Source of the DNA: Mobula hypostoma
Lineage: Eukaryota
Reading direction: 5' to 3'
NCBI RefSeq assembly: GCF_963921235.1
Contig: NC_086097.1
Span: 200,882,001-200,946,000, forward strand
Length of the DNA: 64,000 bases
A program made the translations under genes and the position numbers. The notes under the pieces are model-generated. The model was not told the DNA's origin, did no database searches, and saw only the letters and a program-made list of their open reading frames with translations. Below are positions 50,608-64,000 of the stretch, in pieces (the first letter of the stretch is position 1; every line of letters begins with the position of its first letter).

Positions 50608-50820
50608 AAACGAGCTTCCAGCAGAAGTGGTGGAGGCAGGTTCGATGTTGTCATTTAAAGTTAAATTGGACAGCTATATGGACAGGAAAGGAACGGAGGG
50701 TTATGGGCTGAGTGCAGGTTGGTGGGACTAGGTGAGAGTAAGAGTTCGGCACGGACTAGAAAGGCCGAGATGGCCTGTTTCCGTGCTGTAATTGTTATAT
50801 GGTTATATGGTTATTGTTAT
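50608..50820 (+). mobile_element. Young CR1-like 3' end with (GTTATATG)n tail
   Basis: Nearly identical to 14600-14793, without the PLE insertion. Confidence 0.9.
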
Positions 50821-51542
50821 ATTTCCTTCTGGAGAGATGACCACCTTCATTTTACATTGTTTGTATTATTTTCCTCAGGCACAGCTTTACTATTTCCTGT
50901 AAATTAATTTTGAATCATTTTCCTACATCCTTTTAAACTTACTATAAAGCTGTGGTTTGTTTTACACAGGCCATTTATCCTCTTGTTTTAGTCTGTTTTC
51001 ATAACAACTGTGGTTCATAATTTAGTGTATTGGGGCAAAATAAGCAAAGCCATTCATCAGTAAGGGTCAGAAAGCTTAAGACAAATAATACATTTATCAG
51101 TAATAAAGGAACAAAGAGAAAGAAAGGTAACATGCAAAATTATGTGAAGATTTCAAAAAGAAATTGATAAAAAAAACACAATGTGAAATAAAAGTGATTA
51201 ATCCAATAGGCATTGTGGAGAAATGGTTGGTTGCTAAATATTTCAGATATTTGACTTTTAATAGTCAAATTGGAAAGGAACAGTGTTACCTCTGTTAATA
51301 TTACATGAAAGATGAGAGTGAGAAATAAGTTAAAAATATCTAAGTAACAGATAAATATGGATGGTGCTAAGGAGAAACAATAAGCAGAAAATATTAGGGA
51401 GACTAACTCATGGGTCATCCATGTGCAATTTCAGTGAAGGGCAGAGGATTTATGAAGGCATTAAAAGTGCATGAAGCAAGAGTAATTGTGAAAAGAATTA
51501 AAACTTTAAGTTGACCAGCCAAACCAAATTATCCTCATGAAG

Positions 51543-51856
51543 CACAAACAACAGGAATTCTGCAGATGCTGGAAATCCAAGCAACACACATCAAAGTTGC
51601 TGGTGAACGCAGCAGGCCAGGCAGCATCTCTAGGAAGAGGTGCAGTCGACGTTTCAGGCCGAGACCCTTCGTCAGGACTAACTGAAGGAAAAGTTAGTAA
51701 GAGATTTGAAAGTGGGAAGGGGAGGGGGAGATCCAAAATGATAGGAGAAGACAGGAGGAGGAGGGATGGAGCCAAGAGCTGGACAGGTGATTAGCAAAGG
51801 GAATATGAGAGGATCATAGGACAGGAGGTCCGGGGAGAAAGACAAGGGGGGGGGGA
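51543..51856 (-). mobile_element. PLE 3' fragment with intact hammerhead
   Basis: Reverse complement of the 14794-14961 sequence, extended into the pyrimidine-rich 3' UTR. Confidence 0.9.
51643..51680 (-). ncRNA. Minimal type I hammerhead ribozyme (intact core)
   Basis: Minus strand reads TAGTCCTGACGAAGGGTCTCGGCCTGAAACGTCGACTG, identical to 14826-14863. Predicted cleavage 3' of position 51648. Confidence 0.85.
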
Positions 51857-52548
51857 ATGATTTTATTTTAATGCATCCAAGGTAGTTTTCCAGGTATGTC
51901 TTTTGAGGAACCAATTATAGAACAGACTGTTTTAAATCTAGTATTATGCAACAGGACACAGTTAATTAATAACCTTTAACTGGGGAGTCCCTGGGGAAGA
52001 ATGCTTCTAATTTGATAAAATTATGTACTGAGTTTCAGAGTAACTTATTTAATTAACAGTTAGGGTCTTATATCTGAACAAAGTTAACTATAAATGGGAA
52101 AATTGGCTAAAGTTGATTTGGAAAACCAAATTAAAATATGATCATAGATAAACAACAGAATAAAAAATAATTTATAATTATAATGAATTTCCTTAGAAAA
52201 TAAAAAAGAGAAACTTATCATTCAACAACATTTGTAAGAGAAATTGTTAAAAGAAAGGGTTCATCATATAGCCAAGATGAGAATTAAGATTGTGGACTGA
52301 AAGAATAATGTAGAATTAGTGTAAGTATCTGTTTGATATTGGTACTGAATCTGTGGGCTAACCTGTTTCCATTCTGTATGATTCAATGAAATTGTTAAAA
52401 TCAAGAATGAAGAACAAATTTAGCATCTTTGTTTGACTCAAAACCAATACCCTTAAAGCTGAAATCATTGAAAATTATAATCAGAAGTGAAAAACTCATT
52501 CATATTATCTGAATGAATTTACACCAAAGTGATACTGAAAGCAAAATA

Positions 52549-53113
52549 CACAGTCAGTGACCACTTTATGAGGTGCAGTACTTAGTGAAGTGGCCACTGA
52601 GCACATGCTCGTGATCTTTTGCTGCTGTAGTCCATTTATTTCAAGGTTCAACATTTTGTGCATTCAGAGATCTTCTTCTGCACACAGCTGTTATAACACG
52701 TGGTTATTCGAGTTACTGTTGCTTTCCTGCCAGCTTGAACCAGCCTGGCTATTCTCACTGACCTCTCTTATTAACAGGGTGTTTTGACCCACAGAACTGT
52801 CGCTCACTGTTATTTTTTTTGCTTTCTGCATCATTCTGTAAACTCTCAAAACTGTTATGCATAGCAATCCCAGGAGATTAGCAGTTTCTGAGATACTCAA
52901 GCCACCCCATCTGGCACCAACAAACATTCCACAATCAAAGTCACCTAGATCAGATTTTTCCCCATTCTGTTATTTAATTTGAACAACAACTAAACCTCTT
53001 GACAAAGTCTGCATGCTTTTATGCATTGAGTTGCTGCTACATGACTGGTTGATTAGATATTTACGTTAATGAACTGGTGTACAGGTGTTACCTAATAAAG
53101 TGCCCACTGAGTG
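52549..53113 (-). mobile_element. Non-autonomous Tc1-like element (deletion derivative, different family)
   Basis: TA-flanked TIRs (CACAGTCAGTGACCACTTTAT ... ATAAAGTGCCCACTGAGTG|TA). The relic N-terminus VGARWGGLSISETANLLG..ITVLRVYR is a Tc1 HTH. Confidence 0.85.
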
Positions 53114-56100
53114 TAAGTTTGAAGGATATCAGAATCTTTCTCTTAGTTTACAAAGGGAAGGATGTACTGCTGTTATATTTCAATGCCATTCATGGAATAT
53201 ATTATCGTGTTTTCATTTTTACGGCACTCCTGCCAAGAGATTTGAATTCTCCCATTTGGGGTGTGACGAAGCATAATTGTATTTTGCTCAGGGACTGCAT
53301 TAGGTGTCCCTCAAAACATTGAAAAATTGGTTTAAAAAAGCCTTGAAATACTTGTGGTGGTTTACATGCAGAAAGTATCCCTGAAACAGGATTGGAGCTG
53401 TTGCAGGTAAGACCGAACTCACTGACAATTTGTTGCATAGTAGACAAAGAAGGGGATCAGCCCTTAGAGATAGCTTTCTCCATGTAGCCAGACAATAACA
53501 ACACCTTATGACTGTTGAATTGATCCATTCAACAAAATCACATCTTCAGGTGACCTGCAGCATTTTCCATTTGAATTTTGGTGTTTATCTGGCTCACGTT
53601 GTATCTGCACTCAGCTGGCTTCATTGCAGAATGTGTTGGTATTGAATATCATAAAAGCAGAGAATGGTCCTCGTGTTCCAGCATACATCCCAGAGGACAG
53701 TACTGGCTTCTTAAAATTACCGTAGTGCAACTTCCTCCCAGGTGAATGTCATATGCATTTCCCAGAAACATGGTACTCACAGTGAGTGAATGCTTCCCTT
53801 GCTTCACCACTATCTGCACAATGAAGAGCTGGAAACTTTTCATGTTAATAAAAGGGTCTGGAATATTAAATTGAACCCTTCTAGGAATTTGAGTCCAATC
53901 AATACAGTTGTGGGAAGCCAGAAATGTGGGCATTTTCCAATAGCTAAGACAAATGGGGGGGATATTATTCACTCAAAGGCTTGTGAATATTTGTAATTCG
54001 TTAGTCCAGATAAGCAGTTTAACAACGGTACATTTTTCCCCTTCTTAATAGGTTGCTACATATACTTTTGGATAGAATTTGATAGATCCGCATCAAAAGT
54101 TCAAAAAATGAAGAGATTGTGGAGGAGGTTAGAACTGAAGTAAAATTATCAACCAGGATCTCAAAGAATTGTGAAGCAGACCCAAGAGATTGACTGGTCT
54201 CATTCCCATAGAGCTTCCCAAGATTTGTTTCCCTTCAAAATTGTGATTACCTAAAGGCCGGCCGTCAGACTAATTAGCTCTTAAGTCAGGAATTCAAGTA
54301 TTGAGACTGTCTGTTAAATTATTAATCCTTTAATTAGCACAAACTTTTCTCCTAAATCATCAAGCTTTCTTTGTTCATTATCTTCATCCTCTGGGTATAA
54401 CTTTTGCTGGAGAAAAAAAGAATGTCTTCTCCCACCCTTACAAATTCTACGGATTTATACTTCAGTTCTAAAACTGTCGTTAGCTTCAAGCATTGATGAC
54501 ATTGGATACTGAGCCGACCAAATTCATGTGGCCAAATCAAGAATGCAAGCTTCAGTAAAAAGAAGTTTGAGAATCTTCATGTTGGATTTTTCATACCAAG
54601 CCAGTGCATGAACATTGTATAAGATGCATAGGGGATGCGCTGTTGTGATAGAATAGCTGACAGGACACACAAGCTTTAAGATGTGTGTGGAGGTACATAC
54701 GCCTGTGAGGGAGATGTGCAGTGTACCAATTGGTTTGGATCGATTAAGACAATTGGTAGGTGAGTGGCAGTATACAATACGATGAATAATGTCAGATGCT
54801 AATAGTGAAGAATCATTCAATGACCTTTTAAATCCAAGTCCAATTGTATACAGAAGGTCCCATATCTATTCACATGACATTCTGATCAGAGTGACTGCTG
54901 TGAAAGTCAGTAAAGCACAAGAAGCAATAAAAGGGATTTGTAGGAAAGTGTAAAACTATTTTTTGTGAGAGAGGGAAAATGGGAGCCTTATGAAGAAGGT
55001 TGGGCTGCTGTCAGCTGTGTTCCACTCCAGTTTCAAAGCCTCTGCAGCATCCACGTCACTGAGTCAGACTTCAGCCAGAAAATACAGCTGCACAACTCAG
55101 GCAGTATGGATTGTATTTTCAACGAGCTGCAAGTTTGAACCCCCTGTTTACTACCAGTATAATTTCAGTTGTGTATACGTATGTGTGAATGGGTGTGTGA
55201 CTTTGGCATTTTTTCTCTAGGAGAAACAGCATAGATATATCATTGAGTGGCCACCAAGAATTCTAGAACTGTCTTTCCAGCTTCTGTAAATAAGAGATAG
55301 CGATCATAAGATATTTATTGTCATGATCTTCTGCAGTGACTTTAACAGGAACTTTGAAAATACATAAAACACATGTTTCACTGTCATTTCAGCATTTTTA
55401 AGGAAATTTACAGCAAGAAAATGAAGAAATACTTGAGAACTCCCTTTTAACAGGACTATTTCTATTTTGTTTTTCAGCTCCTGACCATGTCCTTTGCAGA
55501 TCCTTAGTTTGTTAACAACATCAGGATTCTATTTCTGTCTGAAAATTCTAAGTCTCATGATCTACATTTTGTTACTCCCTCTGGGATCTTTCTGTGTTGG
55601 AGCCACATTTGTAATTTCTAGTTGTTTTCAGCTTGTTCGCAGAGGTTAGAGATAACCGCACGTCTTTGGTCTCTATTGCTTCGCCAGGCTAAATCTTATT
55701 AGATTTTGGATCAAATCTGTGCTTGCTGGTGCAGATATTGATGTCTGTACTTCATTCATTTAATGCCTTATCAAGCTTGAAATTGATTACCACTCCATCC
55801 TAGCAGCTTTTGGATGTTCTGACTCTCATACCTTTCAAAAGTTCTACCAAAGATCAGAGGAGAGGCTTTGACTTGTTGAAGTCTCTGTCAGGTTTATTGA
55901 GGGTAGAAAACCCCTAAATTTAAACTAATTTTTACTTGATTCATCTGCTGTTAATTTTGCAGTATTTATTTACCATCTTCATCTTCCCAAACCCTCAAGC
56001 AAAAAGAAATTATTATTTAATTGTGTTTACCCTTGTGTTTGATCACTGATACCTATTTTACTTTGTTTTACCATCAGGAAAGTCGATTTGTTACTTCATG

Positions 56101-57549
56101 CATTCATTGACTAAAATAATCCTGAAGAAGTCTGAGCAAATTTTATGTCATTTATTGAATTTTGTTTTCATTTAACACTCTTTGTTGAAGACCCATTCTC
56201 ATTTATGATCATTTTATTAAAATACATTGGATTTCCAGCTTATACCATGCACCTCAATATACTCCTCAGCCAGTATATTTGTGGCTAAAACAAAGCAACT
56301 AATTCTCTTTTCCACTCTTTACATTTACCTGTGATTCAATACCTGCACCTAAACATAAGTGGGGTTATAAACAGTATGTAAGTTTATATATATTGATGCT
56401 AATTTAGCATGATGAGACTCCGTTTTCTGAAGCATAATGTGTAGTTTTGACTAATACTAAAGGAAGCCACCTATTCCACATTTGTCAGTATGTTTCAAGC
56501 AATTTTCATTTATAGAGGCATTTATAGTATAAATATTTCCTCTCTGCAGGCATACACAGGCCATTTCACGTAATCCTTAAGTATAATTATAAAATTATAA
56601 TGTTTGTGTGAATATCCCACACATACATTGATAGAGTCATCGAGTCATAGAGCACTACAGCACAGAAATAGGCCCTTTGATTCACCTAGTCCATGCCAAA
56701 CAATTATTCTGCTGTTCCATTGACCTGTGCCCCCCATACCCCACCCATCCATTTACTTATCCTAAAACATTGAAATTGAACCCACATCCAGAACTTCCGC
56801 TGGCAGCTCATTCCACACTCACACCACCCTCTGAGTGAAAAAGCATCCCCTTATGCTCCCTTTAAATGCTTCGCCTTTCACTGTTGATCCATGACCTCTA
56901 GTTTTTGACTCTCCCAACCCAGTGTTGATAAATTCCCTACCATCTCCATTGATGCCTCCTAATACAGCCCTGTCCCAACTTAACTGTGTCAAAGTTGCTC
57001 ATTCAATATCAATTATTAGATGTGTAAATATTGAAGCTATTAGTCTAAGGTCTTGTTATGATCCTCTAGCTGCTGACTCCATACTTCACCATAGTAACAA
57101 TGATGAACTATGCTTAATTATATTTGCTCTATGCTACCACTAATAAAAGCTAATTTCACCTCTGAGATATTCACTGACTTTGCCTCTGCTTTGGCTGCTC
57201 TGAGCTAAAACTCTCAACCAGCCTTTTTGATCTAACCCACCTCCAAGATTAGGCTACACCAGTCTTGGGTCTTCCCCGTTCTATCCCTCAGGAACGTATG
57301 GTCTTTCAAATCCCTGTTGCTCCCCTACCAACTTACACAAAGTTCTGTTCACTCACCATTGTGAACGACCCTGAATGGGAAGCCTTAAGTTATAAAGTGA
57401 GATTGGATAGGCTGTGTCTGTTTTCCCTGGAGCGAAGGATGCTGAGAGAACATGATAGAGGCACAGTAATTAGAATCACTATCAGGTTCATTATCACTCT
57501 TATATGACATGAAATTTGTTGCAGTGCAAACATAAAATTAACTGTGAAT

Positions 57550-57818
57550 CAGAGGTTCCCAACCTGGGGTCCATGAACCCCCGACTTAATGGTAGGAATC
57601 ATAGAGTCATAGAGAAGAACAGCACAGAAACAGGCCCTTCAGTCCATCTAGTCCATGCTGAAAGCATTTAATCTGCCTACTCCTATTGTACTGCACCTGG
57701 ACAGTAGTCCTCCATATTCCTACTATACATGTACATATCCAAACTTCTCTTAAACGTTGAAATTGAGCTCACCTGTGCTGGCATGAGTCCATGGCATAAA
57801 AATAGTTGGGTACCCCTG
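57550..57818. mobile_element. hAT-like MITE interrupted by a LINE 3' end (~57598-57785)
   Basis: CAGAGGTTCCCAACCT ... AGTTGGGTACCCCTG inverted ends. The internal insert begins with the (CATAGAGT)n LINE tail. Confidence 0.65.
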
Positions 57819-57819
57819 C

Positions 57820-58410
57820 TATAGAGTAGTGCAAATAAAGAGGCTGTTTTCATGAGCTGTTAGACCATTCAGAAACTGATGGCAGAAGGGAAGAAACTGT
57901 TCCTGAATTGTTAACTGTGGCTCTTTAGGCTCCTGTATATGATGATAATAATAAGAGGGCATGCCCAGGATGGTGAGGGTCCTTAGTGATACCTGAAGAT
58001 GTCCTTGATAATGGAGAGTGTTGTGGCTATGATGGAGTTGAATGAATCTCCAACTTTCTGCAGGCTCTTGCAATCCTGTGCACTGGAGCCTCCAGTCAGA
58101 ATGCTCTCCACCGTCCATTTATAGAGAAATCTCCTCAAACTCCTATTCTTTATAACTGCATTAATATGTTGAGCCCAGGATAGATCCTCTGTGATGTTGA
58201 CACACAGGAATTTGAAGCTGCTTATCCTTTCCACCGCTCGATGAACACTGGAGTAAGTTCTCCTAACTTCCCCAACCTGAAGTCCATAACCAATACCTTT
58301 GTCTAGCTCATGTCGACTAAAAGTGCATCACTCTCAACCAGTTGAACTATTTCACTCCTGTGCACCTCCTCTTCACTATTTGAGATTTTACAAACAACAA
58401 GTGTCATCTG
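57820..58410 (-). mobile_element. Rex1/L2-like LINE 3' half
   Basis: MERISSFKFLCVNITEDLSWAQHINAVIK...TVESILTG motif. Confidence 0.85.
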
Positions 58411-59323
58411 TGAAGCTATGAGAGATGTACATAGATTGGACAAAATGTTTTCTTTATCATAGATGTTGCCTGAACTGCTGAGTTCCTCCAGCATTTTGTA
58501 TGTGTTACTTAGACAAAAAGGGTTTGTTTCTCGTGGTAGGGGTGTCTAAAACCAGAGGCCATAGGCAATAGATTCATAGAGTCAGGGAGTTCTACAGCAT
58601 GGAAACAGACACTTTGGCTGCACTCAATAATGACGATCAAGATGGTAATCTTACATCTTGCAGTTTACTCCTATCCCTTTAGATTTAACAGGATGTATAT
58701 TGCAAAGAATGTAACTATGTTCACTTCTTCTATCTCTTCTGACAGCTTGTTCTACAGACCCACGACCCTCAGGTGTGATAAAACTGGAATCTCAGATTCC
58801 TTTCCTATGACCTCTAGTTTTATATTTCGCTCTCCAGGAAGAAGACTGTATGGCTACCCTTCACCTACCTTTGCTTCAGGGATCGCAGGCCCAGCCTGTC
58901 CAATCATTCCCTATAACTCAAGCCCTCCAATCCCAGCAATATTCTTTTGAAACTTTTCTGCAGCCTCTCGATCTTCATTACATCCCTCTGATAGAATGGC
59001 AACCAGATCGTACACAATACTGTGAGTGTGATCTGAACAATGCTTAAGATGAGAAGAGGTTTGAAGGGGCTATAAGGAGTGCCACTTTTCTTTCAAAGAA
59101 TATCTAATATCTAGAAAGAGCTGCCGGAGAAGTTGGTGGAGACAGGACCAGTAACAATATTTAATAGAAATTTGGATAGGTACTTGAACAAGCTATGAAT
59201 AGAGGCACAGAGAATTAATGCATGCAAGTGGGGCTAGTACAGACTGGCATGAAGGTTAACACTGATGCAGTGCACTAAAAGACTATACAATACTATGCCT
59301 CTATGACTCCATGATAGACCAAA

Positions 59324-62300
59324 GGACTATGAGACATAGGAGCAGAATTAGGCCATTTGGCCTTTTGAGTCACTCCACCATTTCGTCACAGTTAATCCAC
59401 TTCCCTCTCAACTCCATTCTCATGCCTTCTTCCCTTAACCTTTCATGCCCAGACTAATCATGAAACTATCAACCACTGCCTCGAATACACCCAAAGACCT
59501 GGCCTTCACAGCCGCCCATGGTAATGAATTCTGCAGATTCACCAACTCCTAGCTATAGAAATTCCTCTTCATCTTCATTCCAAAGCGATATCCCTCCATT
59601 CTGAGGTTGGCCTTTGGGTCCTAGACTCCCCCACAATCGGAAACATTCCCTCCATATCCACTACTCTGGGCCTTCCAACATCTGATAGGTTTCAATGAGA
59701 TTTCTCCCTCATCCTTCTAAATTCCAGCGAGTAAAAGCCCAGAGTCATCAATCGCTCTTCACATGATAAGCCTTTCATTCCTGGAATCATTCTCGCGAAG
59801 TTCCTCTGAACCCTCTCCAATGTCAGCACATCCTTTCTTAAGTAAGCAGCCCAAAACTGCTCATAATACTCTGAGTGAGACCTCACCAGTGCCTTATAAA
59901 GCCACGCCATTACTGTCTTGCTTTTATATTCTAGTCCTCTGAAAGTGAATGCTAGCATTGCATTTTCCTTCCTCGCCACTGATTCAACCAGAAAATTAAC
60001 CTTTAGGAAGAGGACTCCCAAATCCCTTTGCACCTCAAATTTTCACATCTTTTCCCCATTTAGAAAATAGTTTAAGCTTTACTTCCTTCTACCAGAGTGC
60101 ATGACCATACACTTTCCGACACACATTCCATTTGCCACTTCTTTTCCCATTCCCTTAATCTGCCCAAGTCCTTCTGCAGACTCCACGTTTCCTCAGTACT
60201 ACCTGTCCCTCTACCTATCTTTGTATCATCTGCAAACTTGGCCACAACGCCATCATTTCTGTCATCCAAATCATTGACAAACAATGAGAAAAGAAGTGGT
60301 TCCAGCACAGATTCCCGAGGAATGCCGCCAGTCACAGGCAATCAATCAGAAAAGTCTCCGTTTATTCCCACTCCTTGCCTCCTGCCAATCAGCCAATGCT
60401 GTATCAATGCTCGTATCTTTCCTGTAATACCATGGTTCTTATCTTGTTAAGCAGCCTCATGAGTAGCTCCTTATCAAAGGCCTTCTGAAGGTCCAAGTAC
60501 CCAACATCCACCAATTCTCCTTTGTCTATCTTGCTTGTTATTTCCTCAAAGAATTCTAACAGATTTGTCAGGCAAGATTTTCCCTTAAGGAAACCATGCC
60601 AACTTTGGCCTGTTTTCCCATGTGCCTCCAAGTACCCCAAAGCCACATTCTTAACAATTGTCTCAACATCTTTCCAACCACTAAAGTCAGGCTAGCTAGT
60701 TTATAATTTCCTTTCTTCTGCCTTCCTTCCTTTTTGAAGAATGGAGTGACATTTACAATTTTCCATTCCTCCGGAACCATTACAGAATCAAGGAATTATT
60801 GAAAATCATTACTAATGCCTCCAGCTACCTCTTTCAGAACCCTGGGGTGTAGTCCATCTGGACCAATTGAATTATCTACCTTCAGACCTTTCAGCTTCCT
60901 AAGCACTTTCTCCCGAGTAGTATCAACTGCACTCACTTCTGCCCCCAACACTTTTGAAGTTCCAGCATACTGCTAGTATGTTCCACAGTGAAGACAGATG
61001 CAAAATTCTGATTCAGTTTGTCCACAAATTCCTTGTTTCCCATTACTACCTCTCCAGCATCATTTTCAGCAGCCCAGTATCTACTCTTACCTCTGTTTTC
61101 CTCGAAGTAATTCTGAAAAAAAAACTTTTGGTATCTTCTTTGATATTATTGTCTAGCTTACCTTTATATTTCATCTTTCCCTCCCCCATGGCTATTTTAG
61201 TTGCCTGCTGTTGGTTTTTAACAGCTTCCTAATCCTCCAACTTCCCCCTAATTTTTGCTCTATTATATGCCCTTTCTTTTGCTTTTATGTTGGCTTTGAA
61301 TTCTCTTGTCAGCTATGGTTTGCATCATCCTGCCTTTAGAGTACTTCTTCTTCTTTAGGATGTGTCCATTCTGCATCTTCCAATTTGCTTACTGAGATTT
61401 CAGCTATTGCTGATCTGTTGTCATCTCCACTGGTGTCCCCTTCTAATCAACTTTGGACAGCTCTTTTCCCATGCCTCTGTAATTCCCTTTACTCCACTGC
61501 AATACTGATATATTTGACTTTAGCTTCTCCCTCTCAAATTGTTGGGTGAATTTTGTCATATTACAATCATTGTTTCCTCAGGGTTCCTTTACCACAAACT
61601 CCCTAATCTAATCCAGATCATCACACAACTCCCAATCGAGCATTACCTTTTTTCTTTGCAAACACGAGAAAATTTGCAGATCCTGAAAATTCAAGCAACA
61701 CACACAAAACGCTAGTGGAATGCAGCAGGCTGGACAGCATCTATAGGAAGAGGTACAGTGGATGTTTTGGGCCGAGACCCTTTGTCAGGACTAACTGAAG
61801 GAAGAGATAGTAAGAGATTTGAAAGTGGGAGGGGGAGGGGAGATCTGAAATGATAGGAGAAGACAGGAGGGGGAGGGATGGAGCTAAGAGCTGGAAATTT
61901 GATTGGCAAAAGGGATACGAGGCTGGAGAAGGGAAAAGATCATAGGACGGGAAGCCTAGAGAGAAAGAAAGGGGGAGGGGAGCCCAGAGGAAGATGGAGA
62001 GTAGGCAAGGAGTTATAGTGAGAGGGACAGAGGGAGAAAAAAGAGAGAGAGAGAAAGAAAGAAAGAAAGAGGAAAATAAATAAACAAACAAACAAACAAA
62101 TAAATAAATAAGAGATGGGGTAAGAATGGGAGGCGAAGCATTAACGGAAGCTAGAGAAGTCAATGTTCATGCCATCAGGTTGGAGGCTACCCAGACGGAA
62201 TATAAGGCGTTGCTCCTTCAACCTGAGTAAGATGAAGCTACACTCACGTTAGAGGAACAACACCTTATATTCTGTCTGGGTAGCCTGCAACCTGATGGCA

Positions 62301-63330
62301 TGAACATTGACTTCTCTAACTTCCGTAATGCCCCTGCTCCCCTTCTTATCCCATCCCTTCCTTATTTATTTCTTTGTTTGTTTATTATTTTTAATTTTTT
62401 CCCCTTTCTCTCTCTCTCTATTTTCTCCCTCTGTCCCTCTCACTATAACTCCTTGCCTACTCTCCATCTTCCTCTGGGCTCCCCTTCTCCTTTCTTTCTC
62501 CCTAGGCCACCCATCCCATGATCCTCTCCCTTCTCCAGCCTTGTATCCCTTTTGCCAATCAACTTTCAAGCTCTTAGCTCCATCCCTCCTCTCCTGTCTT
62601 CTCCTATCACTTCGGATCTCCCCTCCCACTCCCACTTCCAAATCTCTTACTATCTCTTCTTTCAGTTCGTCCTGACGAAGGGTCTCGGCCCGAAACGCCG
62701 ATTGTATCTCTTCCTATAGATGATGCCTGGCCTGCTGCGTTCACCAGCATTTTGTGTTTTGCTTGCCTTTTTCCCTGTGGGCTCAACCACAAGTATGCCA
62801 AAAAAATCATCTTGTAGACATTCTTCAAGTTCTCTCTCTCGGGTTCCAGGACCAACATGATTTTCCCAATCACCTGCATATTAAAATCCCTGTGACTATT
62901 GTAACTTTGCCCTTTCGACAAGCCGTTTCCATCTCCCATTGTAATTTATAGCTCACACCCTGGCTACTGTTCAGAGGCTGTACATCTCCTACCACAATCT
63001 TTTTACCCTTGTAGTTTCTTAACTCTACCCATAGGAATTCTACATCTTCCGATTCTATATTACCTCGTTCCAAAGATTTACTTTCATTTTTACCAAGAGT
63101 GCCACACCACTCCCTCTGCCTACCTGCCCGTCCTTTCAACACAATGTGTATCCTTGGATATTAAGCTCCCAACTATAATCTTCTTTCAGCCATGCCTCAC
63201 TGATGCCCACAATGTCATACCTGCCAATCTCTATCTGCACTACAAGATCATCTACTTTATTCTATATACTGTGTACATTCAAATATAAAACCTTCAGTGG
63301 TGTCTCCAATCTTGTCCCCCTTCTACACTG
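59324..63330 (-). mobile_element. CR1-like LINE, near-complete decayed ORF2 (APE + RT), interrupted by PLE
   Basis: LKVLYLNVHSI (APE start), LWVELRN, VPEEWKIVNVTPFFKK, HGFLKGKSCLTNLLEFFEE, KFADDTKIG and LERVQRNFARMIPGMKGL motifs; 3' tail at 59324. Confidence 0.95.
61658..62760. mobile_element. Inverted pair of Penelope-like 3' ends (GIY-YIG endonuclease C-terminus + 3' UTR + pLTR)
   Basis: Minus arm 62230->61658 reads LRLKEQRLIFRLGSLQPDGMNIDFSSFR*. Plus arm 62231->62760 reads DEATLTLEEQHLIFCLGSLQPDGMNIDFSNFR. Both end in the hammerhead-bearing terminus with mutated cores. Confidence 0.92.
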
Positions 63331-64000
63331 CAACTCATCCCAGTGACTACTGTTATGCCCGATTACCAGACTGTCACAGTTCACAGTTGGCTTCCAGTTA
63401 ATGATTATCTTGATTTTAGAATTCTCATTCCAGTATTCAAAATCAGGCATTAATTCATGCTGTTCCATTTTTGCAATCACCACCATTGTAGAAGACTTCA
63501 AAAATATTTATATTGCTCCATTTCTGGTCTCTTGAGAATCCTTGGATGTAATGATATCCATAGGCTTAGCAGCCAAGACCTTTCACTCTTAAATCACTTC
63601 CCTAAACTCTCTCTGCTTTTTCCTGACTCATTTTTGCTTTTACCTTCAAGACATTTTAAAAACTTTTAGCTCTTTGACTGTGCTCTTGATTACCTGCTTT
63701 CGTATCATGTAATAGGGCTTGGTGTCAAATATTGTTTTGGAACATTCCTGCTATGTTAAAGTGTTATTTAAATGCAAATTGCCATTGTGGTGGTTTATTT
63801 CAATGAAGTACTTTCATCAATGAGACATTTATTTATTCCCTTCTAGCATATGAATTTATTTATATTGTTTTTTGTGCTCAACTACAATCACTTATTTCAT
63901 TTTTCTGTAGAGATTATTTTGCGGAATTTGCCTAAACCTGAGATTCACATTTGCCTACATTAATTTTAGTAATACTTTCTGTTTGGGTTGAGATGATTTA

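Noticed and set aside
61741..62675. Hydrophobic 120-140 aa ORFs
   Set aside because: Translations of the pyrimidine-rich PLE 3' UTR, not membrane proteins.

Overview
This window is eukaryotic, intron-rich vertebrate DNA, not prokaryotic. The repeat complement suggests a cartilaginous fish (shark or ray); this is an inference. The only host gene I can support is KLHL14 (Kelch-like 14) on the minus strand. It comprises a probable non-coding first exon with a CpG-rich TATA promoter (~42.5-43.1 kb), the large BTB/BACK coding exon (41824-40974) and the next 122-bp coding exon (21362-21241), which the ORF track shows only in the wrong frame. Later kelch exons appear to lie beyond position 1. The rest is intron or upstream DNA, mixing TE-poor candidate regulatory blocks with decayed transposons: CR1-, Rex1/L2- and RTE-like LINEs, two IR/DR Tc1 copies, mariner/Tc1/hAT MITEs and a Gypsy LTR end. 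Three structures stand out. (1) Penelope-like element (PLE) fragments carry minimal type I hammerhead ribozymes: two copies have an identical, intact core and two insertions form inverted pairs. (2) A non-autonomous Helitron has both diagnostic termini, a 5' (CTGT)n microsatellite and a relic Rep N-terminal repeat. (3) A mariner MITE with four TIR copies and an internal inversion is fused onto a Tc1 end. Most short ORFs in the track are TE remnants or noise. TE boundaries are read by eye and are approximate unless termini are quoted.
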